Notes: generated by a model not told the origin, from the sequence alone. Positions 44,599-55,477 are shown, numbered from the stretch's first letter. The stretch is 64,000 nucleotides of DNA from Polyangiaceae bacterium (GCA_044376115.1 JBILLK010000026.1:32001-96000); one strand, 5' to 3'. Numbers and translations: made by a program.

Positions 44599-46506
44599 AT
44601 GACCTCCGATCAGGCACAACAGCGCGTGGAGGCCGCCCTGAAGGGCGCCACAGGCATCGAAGCTGCAGTGAGCAGACGGCTGACGGCGTCGCTTCAGCGC
44701 CTCGATCGCACCGCCATGGAGGCGCAACAGCGAGCGATCGCCGACGCGCTGCACGTCTTCATCGCGAAGCTCGAGGCACACGACACCGCAGCCGCAGGGC
44801 CGATCGCCGCGTGTCTGTTCGAACTGCGCAGCGAGCTGGAAAGGCTCCAATACGAGCCGTACCCGGCGTTTGTCGAGCTCGCCGCTGGGCTTTTCGCGCG
44901 GTTCGGGTCCGACCCCGAAGTCCGCTACTGGTGGTTGCGCAGCGAGTCGGAGTTCCGGCCAACCGAGGCCAAGGCGAGCGCGCTGCTCCAGCAACTCGGC
45001 GACCTCCGGCAGCTGGACGAGCGCTCGGCGTGGGTGGCCGTGCGGCTCTTGCCCTCGCTGTCGCTCGAGACGCGGCGCGAGGTGTGGGTGGCGCTCGTCG
45101 ACGGCCTCGACGAAGCCCGAATGGCCTCCTATCTCCCAGTCACCCTGTTGGCCTACGTTCGCAGCGATTTTCGAGGCGAAAACCACGACGATTCCGGCCG
45201 GCTAGCCAATGCCGCTGATTCGAAGGTGCTCCGTGCGCTGGTTCGGCTCGCGACCCTGGGCGCCGGAGTGGAGGCTCTGCGCGAGGAGCTCAGCACGATG
45301 ATGCGGATGTTCGTCCAGAACCTTCGCGGGGCCGTTGGAACGGAGGTCCTATCCACCGGCGACGAGGTGCTTGCCATTGTCACCGCGGCCGCTCCAACGA
45401 GCCACGAGGTCGGCCGACTGAAGGAAGCGTTGGCATGCGCACGCGCGAAGGGAACGGCCAGCGAGCGTCGTCGCCGGCTCACGGACGAGATCCCCGAGGG
45501 GGCGGGCGCGGAGCTAGGGAAGGTCCGCGGCTGTGTGCTCGGCGTCGTTCCGGTGCGCGAGGGATGGGTCGTCTCACGCACCACTCCCCAGAACACCATG
45601 GCGGTCTCGCTCGTGGCCCGGCTAGGCGCCAGCGCAGCGCGCGCGGGCTTCAAGATCGCACGCTCACCCGACTCACCGATGATCCCCGAGATGCCGTATC
45701 TGGTCGTTGATCCCTCGGGCCAGTTCGTGGTGTCGAACGCGGGCTGCAACGGTCATGTCTGGGAGCTGCCTTCCGGTAAGCTCGTGAGGCGAGCGGTCGA
45801 GCTCGGTGATTTCTACGAGCCGCTCGGATGGACGGCCGACGGTTCGTCGCTCGTGCTCGCCGAGGCCGACGCCAACCACCTGTGCCGGGTCCGCAGCCTG
45901 AACCCGCACACCGGCGAGCTGCGCAAGCTGTTCGAGGCGTACCGCACGACCATGGGCGCCGCGGTCACCGCGAATCATGTCCTGATCGGGGCCCGGGCGG
46001 GAACCATCGTCCATGATCTACGCACCGGTACGGAGATCACCTGGCCTGTCAAGAGCGAGCAGATCTGGCCGCTCGGTGACGACACGGTGCTGATCGCGGT
46101 CGAGCGCGAAGGCGAAGCGCTAGCGCTGCAGCGTTGGGAGCTCGCGACGGGTCGCTTACAAGCCGAGCTGTCGGCCGAGCTCAGCGTTGGTGCTTGGTGG
46201 GCAGGGCTTTCGGCGCCGGGCTCTGAGATCATCGTGTTCGCCTCGACAACCTATTACGTCGCTGTCGATCGGAGCACCGACGCGGCTGTCGCCGAGGGCC
46301 AACTCCAGGCCACAGAGCCGCCAATCCGAGTTGGGGACACCTTGTACTTCAACGACGGTGCTGGTCACACGGTCGCCGTCGACTGGCGCACCGGTCGAAG
46401 GGCGATGCGATGGCCGCACGCCGGCGTGCTAGCGAGCGTCCCGGTGACCGGCGAGATCGTGGTCGGTGATCGGCGGGGCGTGTTGTGGAGCCTAACGTCT
46501 CAATAG
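44599..46506 (+). CDS. Hypothetical protein, helical N-terminus plus beta-propeller-like C-terminus
   Basis: Long ORF with VWELPSGK, WTADGSSLV, VHDLRTG and RWELATG repeats; start uncertain (44584 or 44599). Confidence 0.7.
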   Translation: MTSDQAQQRVEAALKGATGIEAAVSRRLTASLQRLDRTAMEAQQRAIADALHVFIAKLEAHDTAAAGPIAACLFELRSELERLQYEPYPAFVELAAGLFARFGSDPEVRYWWLRSESEFRPTEAKASALLQQLGDLRQLDERSAWVAVRLLPSLSLETRREVWVALVDGLDEARMASYLPVTLLAYVRSDFRGENHDDSGRLANAADSKVLRALVRLATLGAGVEALREELSTMMRMFVQNLRGAVGTEVLSTGDEVLAIVTAAAPTSHEVGRLKEALACARAKGTASERRRRLTDEIPEGAGAELGKVRGCVLGVVPVREGWVVSRTTPQNTMAVSLVARLGASAARAGFKIARSPDSPMIPEMPYLVVDPSGQFVVSNAGCNGHVWELPSGKLVRRAVELGDFYEPLGWTADGSSLVLAEADANHLCRVRSLNPHTGELRKLFEAYRTTMGAAVTANHVLIGARAGTIVHDLRTGTEITWPVKSEQIWPLGDDTVLIAVEREGEALALQRWELATGRLQAELSAELSVGAWWAGLSAPGSEIIVFASTTYYVAVDRSTDAAVAEGQLQATEPPIRVGDTLYFNDGAGHTVAVDWRTGRRAMRWPHAGVLASVPVTGEIVVGDRRGVLWSLTSQ

Positions 46507-48336
46507 CGCCCGCAAGCGACCTCCCCGCCCGCGCGCACCCCACACACGATCGCCGCCTTGCGCTCGTCGTTGTACTTCTCCACCGCCACACTGACGAAGG
46601 GCCCTCGTGGCAGGCTGCGCGCGGCGTCTTCACGACCCCAACATACGAGTTCGCCCGACTCGCGCACCGCGCACGATTCCACCGAAGGTGGATGCAGCAA
46701 ACAGAATGACTCGTGCCCTCTGCGAAAAAATGGCCGAAGGCCCCTTGGCCTTAGAGCCCGGCACGAGTCATGTGACCTCTCCGGCGTCGATGGCAATGAA
46801 CGGTCCCTGTTGCGGCTTGGTCTCGCCGAAGCGGTCGCGGCCCCAACAAACAGCGTCGCGCGCGCCCTTGGTGATGGCGCAGATATGATTGTAACCAACC
46901 GAGAGCCGGCTGAAACGTTGATCCTTCGGCGCCGGCTTTAATTCATATTCTTCATCGGAATACTCCTTGAACCCCCAGCATTCAGCAGCGCCGCTTGGTC
47001 GCAACCCGCAGGCCCAGGTGATACCGATCTCGACCGAGGCGAAGCGACCTGGCGGAGGCGTAAGCAGCTCCGGTTTTTTGCGAAAGTCGACGTCAGTGAA
47101 GCAGCCGACGGAGCCATCGGCTTCGCGCCGATAACATGCTATCGACAAGCCAACGTCGATCGACGCCAGCTTCTCTTGCGGAACCGAGGCGAGGGCGTCG
47201 CCCCAACAGGTCGCACGGCCGTCGAGGCCTAGCGCGCAACCGCTGTCCTTGTCCGCCGATACGCTCTTGAAGGGGCCTTCGAGCACGCCATCGGGCAGGC
47301 CGCAGCGGTTGCCGAAGCAGCGAACCTCACCGTTCGTTCCTAGCGTGCAGCCGCACTCTTCGACCACAGTGATTTCGCGCACGCCGCTCGCTTGCGGCCC
47401 GACGAAGAAGCCTTCACCAACACAAGCGAGCGCCCCATCCATCCCGATCCAACACGTGCGCCGGCCTTTCACATCGAACGCTCGCACCGCGACGTTCGGG
47501 ACCAGCGTCTCGCCGACGTCATCGATACCAACACAGCGCAGCTTGCCGTTGTCGGTGCCACAAAAGTGGTTGAAGCCACCGCGCAGCTCGTCGAACCGCT
47601 GCGCGGGGATCGCGGCGTTGGTGCCGCGGCACGCGACGTTGCCCTGACGATCGAGACCGCAGTCGCCCCAGCCGGCAACCGCGACCTTCTCGATCGGACC
47701 GCTGAGCTTGGTCTTGTGAAAGGACCAACAAAAGGGCTCGTGGCTTTGCAACACGGCACAAGCGCCGCTGCTACTCTGCGTATCGACGTCAAGCGCCTGC
47801 TTGGGAGCCTCTTTCGCCAACTCTCCAGCGCAAACGAGCTCAGCGCCGCGCAGCAGCGCACAACCATCATCGGAACGGAGCACCACCTTCTGGGTCGCTC
47901 GACCTTTGACCAGCGTCTCCAGCTCGCTCACCGCTCCCCAGCAACGGAGCTTCCGCGCCGCATCGATCGCGCAGCCCGCCGCGCCATCCCCAGCGACCTC
48001 GACGAAAGGTCCGCGCGGTAACGCCGCCACCACAGCGTCATTATCGAAGCTGACGCATTCGAGCGAGCCGTCCGCCTCGCGCACAGCGCAGAGACCGCGC
48101 GTGCCCAGCGATAGATGTTTGAACGAGCCTGTAGGAAGCTTCAGCTGCGACAAGGAAAGGACGCGCACCTCACCAACGCTTGCTGCGCTACTCGCGGAGG
48201 GCGCCGCCTGCGCCGCGCTGCTCACGGCGAGCGCCGCGGCTGATTCCACGACCAGTGATTCGCTCGCCGCAGGAGCTCGTACTTCGCTGGACGTGCAGCC
48301 GAAGAGCAACAGCGCGGGCACGATGAGGCCTCTCAT
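46500..48336 (-). pseudogene. RCC1/BLIP-II-like repeat lipoprotein whose last repeats are cut off by a ~94-bp insertion
   Basis: LFGC lipobox; many (G/T/I)CAxxxxGxxxCWG repeats. The main frame stops at 46768, and the repeat pattern resumes in another frame at ~46679 (SCAVRESGELVCWG). Confidence 0.8.
46677..46773. mobile_element. Small palindromic (MITE/REP-like) insertion
   Basis: 12-bp IR ATGACTCGTGCC (46706-46717) / GGCACGAGTCAT (46760-46771), inner AAGGCC..GGCCTT stem and TCCACCGAAGGTGGA hairpin; removing 94 bp restores the frame. Confidence 0.7.
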
Positions 48337-48417
48337 GCGCTGGAGCTTACACAGCCTGGCGCAGCGCAATAGCGGACATAGCGCGGCTCACCGCCGTAGC
48401 ATGCGGCCTTGTCCCCC

Positions 48418-50184
48418 GTGACCAACGCCCAACCAAACGAACCACCGAAGCAGAGCTGGGCACGCGCAACGCTTGCTCACCCGAGCCTTCAACGCTGGCT
48501 GATCCTGCTCGCCCTGCTGCTCGCCTTGCCCTCGTTGTTCTTCGGCTTCGCGATCGACGATCGCTTGCAACGCCAACTCGCTCTGGGCCAAAGCAAGCTG
48601 TACGAGCTCGGGCCGTTCGAGCTTTTTACCTTCGTCCCCGGCCCGGCGGACCACACGCGGAAGCTGATGGAGCACGGGTTTGGCGCCTGGTGGAGCAACG
48701 CCGACGCGCGCGTCGTGCTGCTGCGGCCGATCTCGTCGGGCTTGATGTGGCTCGACTATCAACTGCTCGGCCATCCAATCCTCATCCACGCGCATTCGCT
48801 GCTTTGGCTGGCCGCAACGGTTGCGCTCGCCTGCGCGCTCTATCGCCGGCTGATCGCCGTGCCGTGGATCGCAGGCTTCGCTTCGCTGATGTTCGCCATC
48901 GATCCGACGCACGGGCTGCTAGCCGGTTGGATTGCCCAGCGCAACGCGCTGATCGCCGGGACCTTCGGGCTGGCCGCGCTGCTCTTGCACGATCGCGCGC
49001 GCCGCGAGGGCCGCATGGGGCTGCAGATCGCCGCCTCGCTCTGTCTCGGGTTGGGCCTGTTCTCGGCCGAAGCGGCGCTCGGCATCGCGCCGTATTTGCT
49101 GGCCCACGCCTGGTATCTCGATCAGCGCAGGCTGCGCAGCCTGCTGCCGTTCGTGCCGCCGCTGCTGGTGTGGGCCACCGTCTACAAGCTCGGCGACTAC
49201 GGCGCCCAGGGCTCTGGCCTCTACACCGACCCGATCCATCACCCGGCGCTGTTCCTCGAGCAGGTTGTCACGCACGGCCCGATGCTGATCGCAGCCGCGC
49301 TCGGCCTGCCCGGCCCGGACTTTTACTTATTAATGCAACGGCCAGAGAAGATCGCCGTGGTCGCGCTCTCCTACCTGCTCGTCGGAGGCTTCCTCCTCGT
49401 CCTCAGGCCGATCTTGCGGCGCGACAAGACCACCTGCTTCTTCATCACCGGCGCGCTTTTATCGGTCATTCCAGCCTGTGCCACCTTCCCCAATACACGC
49501 TTGGTCTTCTTCGCCAGCTTCGGTTTGGTCGGCGCTCTTGCGCAGCTGTTCGCGGCGTGGCGCGAGCGCGACGTCAGCGTGCGCCGGGCGTGGGCCCGTC
49601 CGATCGTCTACCTCGTAGCGGCCTTCCACCTTTACCTCGCCCCGCTGATCTTCATCGCCAGCACCACCCAAATGATGATGCTCGACCGGGTGCTCAACCG
49701 CACCGCCGCCGGCGTCCCGAATGAGCCCGAACTCGAGAGCCAGCGGCTGATCGTGGTCAACGCGCCCGACGCCACCTTCCTTGGCTACTTGGCCACGATT
49801 CGTAAAGACCGCGGCGAGCATGCGCCCGAGAAAGTGCTGGCGATGTCCTCCGGCATTCGCCCGTTAACGTTGACGCGCACCAGCGCGACCTCGCTCACAC
49901 TCCAAAGCTCGGTCGCGCTGGTACAACCCGGTACCGATCTGCTGCTGCGCACAGCCACGCCCTTCGAGGTCGGCTATCGCGTGGTCTTCACCGACGTCGC
50001 CATCGAGGTAACCCGCGTCAACGCAGAAGGCTGGCCCACCGAGGCGCGCTTCGACTTCGCCCGCCCGCTGGAAGACGCCTCCTTTCGCTTCATGCAGTGG
50101 CAGCAGCAAACGCTGACGCCCTTCACGCTACCGCCCATTGGCGAGCCCATCGACTTCCCGGCACAGAAGATCAAGCTGTTCTGA
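48418..50184 (+). CDS. Polytopic membrane protein, possibly a GT-C-type glycosyltransferase
   Basis: About 10 or more TM segments; DD after the first TM (FAIDD), LLRPIS, GWIAQRN, SAEAA and TRLVF, resembling TMTC/ArnT-like membrane domains. Confidence 0.65.
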   Translation: MTNAQPNEPPKQSWARATLAHPSLQRWLILLALLLALPSLFFGFAIDDRLQRQLALGQSKLYELGPFELFTFVPGPADHTRKLMEHGFGAWWSNADARVVLLRPISSGLMWLDYQLLGHPILIHAHSLLWLAATVALACALYRRLIAVPWIAGFASLMFAIDPTHGLLAGWIAQRNALIAGTFGLAALLLHDRARREGRMGLQIAASLCLGLGLFSAEAALGIAPYLLAHAWYLDQRRLRSLLPFVPPLLVWATVYKLGDYGAQGSGLYTDPIHHPALFLEQVVTHGPMLIAAALGLPGPDFYLLMQRPEKIAVVALSYLLVGGFLLVLRPILRRDKTTCFFITGALLSVIPACATFPNTRLVFFASFGLVGALAQLFAAWRERDVSVRRAWARPIVYLVAAFHLYLAPLIFIASTTQMMMLDRVLNRTAAGVPNEPELESQRLIVVNAPDATFLGYLATIRKDRGEHAPEKVLAMSSGIRPLTLTRTSATSLTLQSSVALVQPGTDLLLRTATPFEVGYRVVFTDVAIEVTRVNAEGWPTEARFDFARPLEDASFRFMQWQQQTLTPFTLPPIGEPIDFPAQKIKLF

Positions 50185-50292
50185 GTCGGCACAACGCCTT
50201 ACGGCGAAAAAGCGCTCCACCGAGTGATCGAACGCAACCGCGCTCGGTACAGCACCCTCGCCGACGCAACCGTCGGTGGATGAAGGAGCTTT

Positions 50293-51579
50293 ATGCCGCG
50301 ATTGAGATGGGTGCTTGGAGCGATGTGGCTCGTGGGATGCGGGGATGACGGTCGCGCGGGCGGCGGCGGTGCGGGAGCCGATCCTCAGGGTGGCGCGGCC
50401 GAGGGCGGCGGCGGAAGCGCGAATGGCGGCGGGGGCTTGAGCCAAGGCGGTGCCGGCGAGAGCGGCGGCGGAGGGGCGAGCCAGGGCGGTGCTGGCGGAA
50501 GCGAGATCGGCGGCGGCGGTGCTGGCGGAGGAGCGCTCCGCTTGGGAGCGAGCTGCGATGACCCAGCTCAGTGCGCGTCTGGCGCTTGCGCCGACGGGGT
50601 GTGTTGCGATGCAGCGTGCGACTCGGGATGCGACGCGTGCACGCCGGATCTCACCGGTGCGCCCGCGGGCAGCTGCGCGCCGATGCTATCGGGCGCGCTG
50701 TGTCGCGCCGCGAACGACGTGTGCGACGTCGAGGAGACGTGTGACGGGAGCTCGGTGGATTGCCCGGCCGATGCGGTCGCGTTGGCCGGCACCTCGTGTC
50801 GCGCCGGTGCGGACCTTTGCGACCTCGAAGAGTACTGCGACGGGCTGGTCACGAGCTGCCCACTCGATGCGAAAGAACCAACCACCACCGTCTGCCGGTC
50901 TGCAGCGGGGCCGTGCGACCTCGAGGAGTATTGCTCGGGCGGCGACGCCTGCGCTCCGGACGAGCTCGCGGCCATTGGCACACCGTCTACCTGCAGCCCG
51001 TATCTATGCACCGGTGCGGACGTCGACTGCCCATCGACCTGCAACAGCGATGCGAGTTGCGCCAGCGGCCTGCTGTGCGTCGATAGCGCATGCCAGGCCG
51101 TGAAGCGCGTGTTCGTCACCAGCAGCGAGCACACCGGAAACCTCGGCGGGCAGGCTGGGGGCGACGGCATCTGTCAGACCCGCGCACAAGCCGCCGGCCT
51201 ACCGGGCAGCTACAAAGCGTGGCTGACCGGCAGCCTCGGGACGCCGCTCACCACGTTCACTCAGTTCCAGGGCCCGTACGTTCGTATCGATGGTGTGAAG
51301 GTCGCCGACAACTTCGCCGACCTCACCGACGTCACCATCGATGCGCCAATCACGGTTACCGATACCGGCGCGAGCCTCGCCGCCATGGGCTTCGTCCCGG
51401 TATGGACAGGCACCAACTCACTCGGCAACGCGCAGGGGGCCAACTGCCTCAACTGGACCAACGCAACCTCGAGCTTCACGGGCTGGAACGGCAACGCCCT
51501 GGTGTCGGCGTTCCAGTGGACGTCCTTGAACGGCAGAGACTGCAATCAGCCTGCGCGCCTCTACTGCTTCGAGCAGTAG
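50293..51579 (+). CDS. Lipoprotein with disintegrin-like Cys repeats and DUF1554-like domain
   Basis: LVGC lipobox with AAGGAG RBS; three CRxxxxxCD(V/L)EExC repeats; KRVFVTS...GNLGGQAGGDGICQ...YKAWL...RLYCFEQ. Confidence 0.85.
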   Translation: MPRLRWVLGAMWLVGCGDDGRAGGGGAGADPQGGAAEGGGGSANGGGGLSQGGAGESGGGGASQGGAGGSEIGGGGAGGGALRLGASCDDPAQCASGACADGVCCDAACDSGCDACTPDLTGAPAGSCAPMLSGALCRAANDVCDVEETCDGSSVDCPADAVALAGTSCRAGADLCDLEEYCDGLVTSCPLDAKEPTTTVCRSAAGPCDLEEYCSGGDACAPDELAAIGTPSTCSPYLCTGADVDCPSTCNSDASCASGLLCVDSACQAVKRVFVTSSEHTGNLGGQAGGDGICQTRAQAAGLPGSYKAWLTGSLGTPLTTFTQFQGPYVRIDGVKVADNFADLTDVTIDAPITVTDTGASLAAMGFVPVWTGTNSLGNAQGANCLNWTNATSSFTGWNGNALVSAFQWTSLNGRDCNQPARLYCFEQ

Positions 51580-51592
51580 AGGAAATCGAAGC

Positions 51593-52600
51593 TCAAACGC
51601 CCTGCGGCTCGCAGGCGCCGGTGGGGATCGTTTGATCGGTGCACGGCAAGCAGGCGAAGCCATCGGGGCAGTTGGACTGCAGGTCGATCGTGAATGGACT
51701 CGTATCCATCATCTCGATCATCACCGACTGTTCCTCGACCTCTGGGATACAGCGCGGCAAACAAGCCGCATCGTCAGACGCGGTCTTGGCGATAATCAAG
51801 ATATCCAGTTCGCACGGCGCACCTTGGAAGAAGCCCTGCGCCGCGACCTGCTCGTAAACGATGTCCGGAACGCAAACCGTCCCAGCCTCGCCCAGGCCTT
51901 CACACTCCACCTTGTCGAAGCGTTTTGCAGCCTGCTCGCCCACGAGCTCCAGCGGCAAACAATGACCGCCCGCCTTGTTCTGACAACACGGCTTGAACAC
52001 GTTCTCCTCGGCCGCCGTCAGCGGCGGCTCATCACAGGAGAGGCCGCACGCTCCGGTGGGCTCGCCAGTGAATGGATCATAACAGGGCGTGCAAAGCTCA
52101 CCGGGCTGACAACCAGCGTCTGGGAGAAAGCCTGCTTGCGCCGCAACCGGCGGCAAACATGCGGATAGGCATCGCCCCTCGAAGCCCTTCACCGAAGAGC
52201 AATTCACCAGATCAAACTGATTGAACGTGGCAATGAACAGCTCCGGCACGCACTTCTTGCCGTCGGGGCAATCGGCGAGCAACGACGACTGCTCCTCCGA
52301 AATGCCGGCGATGGCCGGGTCCACACAGCGCGAGGGCTGACCACAAACCTCCGACGGACATGGCTCGAACAGGTCGACCAGCGCTTGATCCGGGCACTCG
52401 CGAACGCAGGTGGTTGCGTCCTCGACGCACGGCCCCGCGCCCCCACCAGCAGCAGCACCGCTGCCCTCCGCGCCACTTCCGTTCGCCCCTGCAGCGCCGC
52501 TACCGCCACCTCCGCTGGGCGCACCACCCGCCGCGTCATCCCCACAACCCCCGAGCCCCAAGACCAAGGGAGCAACGACGAACCAGCTTCGTTTGACCAT
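51593..52600 (-). CDS. Cys-rich lipoprotein (paralog of 34917-35939)
   Basis: LGGC lipobox; CSSVKGFEGRCLSACLPPVAAQ...CTPCYDPFTGEPTGAC. Confidence 0.8.
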   Translation of the reverse strand: MVKRSWFVVAPLVLGLGGCGDDAAGGAPSGGGGSGAAGANGSGAEGSGAAAGGGAGPCVEDATTCVRECPDQALVDLFEPCPSEVCGQPSRCVDPAIAGISEEQSSLLADCPDGKKCVPELFIATFNQFDLVNCSSVKGFEGRCLSACLPPVAAQAGFLPDAGCQPGELCTPCYDPFTGEPTGACGLSCDEPPLTAAEENVFKPCCQNKAGGHCLPLELVGEQAAKRFDKVECEGLGEAGTVCVPDIVYEQVAAQGFFQGAPCELDILIIAKTASDDAACLPRCIPEVEEQSVMIEMMDTSPFTIDLQSNCPDGFACLPCTDQTIPTGACEPQGV

Positions 52601-52750
52601 CACCACCGATGTTCGCATAGGTCGCACGTCGTGAGGATGGGCGGCCGAACGCGGGACCGCGGGACGCCTCGGCGCGCCAAGGGACGCGGCGGAGCGGCCT
52701 GAGGATGGGCCTTTCTGTCGCATCCCACGATCGGCCTGCGACCTCGGCAG

Positions 52751-55477
52751 TCAGCGCGTGACGCGTCCCCGGCGCTTGATACGCCGTGCGCCTGCGAACG
52801 CCATCGCTAGCGCAGCGAGATACCCGAAGTCACCGTTGCGGTCGGTGCTCGCCAGGTTGCATGTGCACTTCGACTGGTCGCAGCTGTTCTCTCCAGCGCG
52901 ATTCTCCGAGCACTGCGAGGACACATCGTCGCCGCCGCTGCCGTTGTCACCACCATTGCCTGCGCCGCCGTTGCTAGCGCCACCGTTGCCGTTGGCGCCG
53001 CCGACTCCGTTGCCCCCGCCTTCTCCGCCCGCGCCGGTGGAAGGCAGGCACTCGCCGTTGTCACACGCCCCTGCACTGCAAGGAGTTCCGTCGGGCTTTG
53101 GCGTGTGGGTGCAACCCTCATCCGCATCGCAGCCGTCCTCGGTGCATTCGGCTGCGTCGTTGCAATCGAGCGGCAATCCGCCTTGGCATTGACCTTGAGC
53201 GTCGCAGGTCGTGTTGACCACGCAAAGATCGCCGAGCACGCAGGGTGCACCTTCCGCTAGCGGAACGTTCACACAGCCGCCGCCTTCACACAGGTCTGCC
53301 GTGCAAGCATTCCCGTCCGCGCAGGTCTCGGCGTCCGGTGGGACTTGGCACTCCCCGGCCTGGCAGGTAGCGCTCGCGCAACCGATCATGCACGCCGAAC
53401 CGTCCGCTCGCGGCGCCGACACACAGCCGGTGGCCTGGTTGCAGCTCTCGTCGGTGCACGGGTTTTGGTCGTCGCACAGCACTTGGGAACCGGCGTTACA
53501 GTTGAAGTTGTTGCCACACGTGTCCCCAACGGTGCAGGCATTCCCATCACTGCAGGCGTCGCCTACCGGAACCGGAACCAGCGGGCACTCGAGCGCGATG
53601 CCGTCGCATACCTCCTGGTAGAGGCACGCGTCGACGTAGGGCTGACAGACATGGCCGGCCACCGTCGGGCCACATACCCCGTCAACAGCTCCTCCGGCTG
53701 CAACGCTACAAGCTTGGCAATCGAAAGGATTGCTTTGACCACACGGCGTGTCACAGCAAACACCGTCCGCGGAGAACGCACACCCAGTGTCTGCGACGCT
53801 ATACAAGTAATAGGTGCCTACGTTGGGGGCCGGCGGGTTCGTCGGGGAAGGAACGGTGGGAAGTAACGCCGTTCCTCCAGAAAGAAGTGATTTGAAGCCA
53901 GCCCGTTGAACGGGTGGAGTGAGCAGCTGCTGGTACGCCCAAGCGCTGCCTTGCCGCTCATACAAGTAGGCCGCGAATGTCGGGTACTCGAAGTCGCCGA
54001 GGTTCACCAGCTGATCGAAGTGTGTGGAGACGAGCAACCGGTCGCCGTCCAAAACTGTTCGGAGGCCGAACGTACTGGTGTTCCCCGGTCCAAGCGGGTG
54101 GGTTAGCTGGACAGAGTCAGCGATCCACGCACTACCCACACGTTGAAAGGTTCGGATGCTGCCGTTGCAGCCAAGTGCCATTCGTGAGTTGCTTAGAGCG
54201 ATAGGCGTCTCCTGATAACAGCCAGGGCCAACAACAGTAGAGTCCTCCGTCCAGGTGGAACCCTGGCGAGTAAACGTGTGCACACTGCCTTGCATCTGCC
54301 CGAATCCGCCGCCTTGCATCACCAGCAGATCCCCTTGGAGAGCTACGTTGCGACCAAACACGTCGAGCTGGGGGCGGGTAAGAACTTGCTCGAGGGCCCA
54401 GCTACCGCCAGCGTTCCGGCGGTAGACGAAGACAGATTGGTCGTTGACGGCGCTAGCAGCCACGGTGTCCCCGTCGACGACGAGCGGGTGTCCGAAGAAC
54501 TGCACACTACTCGGAGGCACCAACTCACCTTGAACTGCCCAGGTGTTATCGGTTCGCTGGTACACCCGAACGCAGTCGGCGTTGTTGCAAATGCCCGTGA
54601 GCGCAATTGTGTCACCACGGATGCGACCAGCGGTCGCCAACTCCAACGTCGTCTCCAGACTCCAAACGACGCCGTTGCGCCGAAACACCTTGGTGCCCTG
54701 AACGCCGGGAACGATGAAGCGATCGCCGCTGAGGTCCGTTTCGAACGTATTGGGGTCGTTGACAGTCACCGCAGCCTGCAGGCTCACCAGCATCGGATCG
54801 ATCACCACTGGGAAGCGTGCAGCTCCGGTCTCCACCGTGATCACAAAGCCCTCTGCCTCCGCCTCGAGACGCGACACGAGCGATCGCCCGTCTGCATCGG
54901 CGGCCAGCAAGGTCCCAAGCCGATAGCCATCCCCACGCGCGCTCAATGCCAGCTCATTCGTCCCGGCCTGGCGCACCTCAGCACCGCGCACAGCAACGAA
55001 GATCTGCGTGCGCTCACAGCCCTTGTCTTCGTTCAAATTGAAGCCCTGCTCCAAGCCCAACGGCCCACCGAGCAGCCACTCCTCGACCGCCTGCAACGCG
55101 CCCGCGTGGCTTCGCTTCACCTCGTTACCGTCGAGCTCCAAGCCCGCCGCTTTCGTCGGCTCGAAGCGACCATCGCATGAGATGCCTCGCACCTCCAGCG
55201 TCAGATCGCTGGCCTGAGGCCCGACTACATGCGTCGCCGTACGCTCATGCCGTACGCTCGCAGCAATCGACGGCACCTCCCCAACAAGGTGGTTCGCCTC
55301 CTCGCGCAGCGCGTATGCCGGCCCGCCCTGCAACTGAAGCGCCCGCAGCCGCTGCACCTCCAGCGCACTACCCGCCGCTTCCTGCGGCAGCTCCTCCGGC
55401 GGAGCCTCCAGCGCGCCCTCCGTGCAAGCAGCCGAAAGCACGAGCAGACCAATCAACCCCAACCGAAGTTGTGTCAT
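52751..55477 (-). CDS. Surface protein with FG-GAP propeller, Cys-rich repeats and MYXO-CTERM-like sorting signal
   Basis: SAAC lipobox; GPLGLEQGF...FPVVIDP N-domain; FGxxVxxxGD repeats; CDDQNPCTDESC repeats; C-terminal CTC-linker-TM-RRIKRR. Confidence 0.88.
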   Translation of the reverse strand: MTQLRLGLIGLLVLSAACTEGALEAPPEELPQEAAGSALEVQRLRALQLQGGPAYALREEANHLVGEVPSIAASVRHERTATHVVGPQASDLTLEVRGISCDGRFEPTKAAGLELDGNEVKRSHAGALQAVEEWLLGGPLGLEQGFNLNEDKGCERTQIFVAVRGAEVRQAGTNELALSARGDGYRLGTLLAADADGRSLVSRLEAEAEGFVITVETGAARFPVVIDPMLVSLQAAVTVNDPNTFETDLSGDRFIVPGVQGTKVFRRNGVVWSLETTLELATAGRIRGDTIALTGICNNADCVRVYQRTDNTWAVQGELVPPSSVQFFGHPLVVDGDTVAASAVNDQSVFVYRRNAGGSWALEQVLTRPQLDVFGRNVALQGDLLVMQGGGFGQMQGSVHTFTRQGSTWTEDSTVVGPGCYQETPIALSNSRMALGCNGSIRTFQRVGSAWIADSVQLTHPLGPGNTSTFGLRTVLDGDRLLVSTHFDQLVNLGDFEYPTFAAYLYERQGSAWAYQQLLTPPVQRAGFKSLLSGGTALLPTVPSPTNPPAPNVGTYYLYSVADTGCAFSADGVCCDTPCGQSNPFDCQACSVAAGGAVDGVCGPTVAGHVCQPYVDACLYQEVCDGIALECPLVPVPVGDACSDGNACTVGDTCGNNFNCNAGSQVLCDDQNPCTDESCNQATGCVSAPRADGSACMIGCASATCQAGECQVPPDAETCADGNACTADLCEGGGCVNVPLAEGAPCVLGDLCVVNTTCDAQGQCQGGLPLDCNDAAECTEDGCDADEGCTHTPKPDGTPCSAGACDNGECLPSTGAGGEGGGNGVGGANGNGGASNGGAGNGGDNGSGGDDVSSQCSENRAGENSCDQSKCTCNLASTDRNGDFGYLAALAMAFAGARRIKRRGRVTR

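Noticed and set aside
46768..46770. Selenocysteine read-through of the TGA (Cys-like position, followed by a hairpin)
   Set aside because: In-frame read-through gives non-repeat sequence (LVPGSKAKGP...). The RCC1-like pattern resumes in a different frame, which fits an insertion.
50261..50276. CCGACG-CAAC-CGTCGG palindrome as another enhancer site
   Set aside because: A single short GC-rich palindrome, with no sigma-54 promoter found downstream; could be chance.
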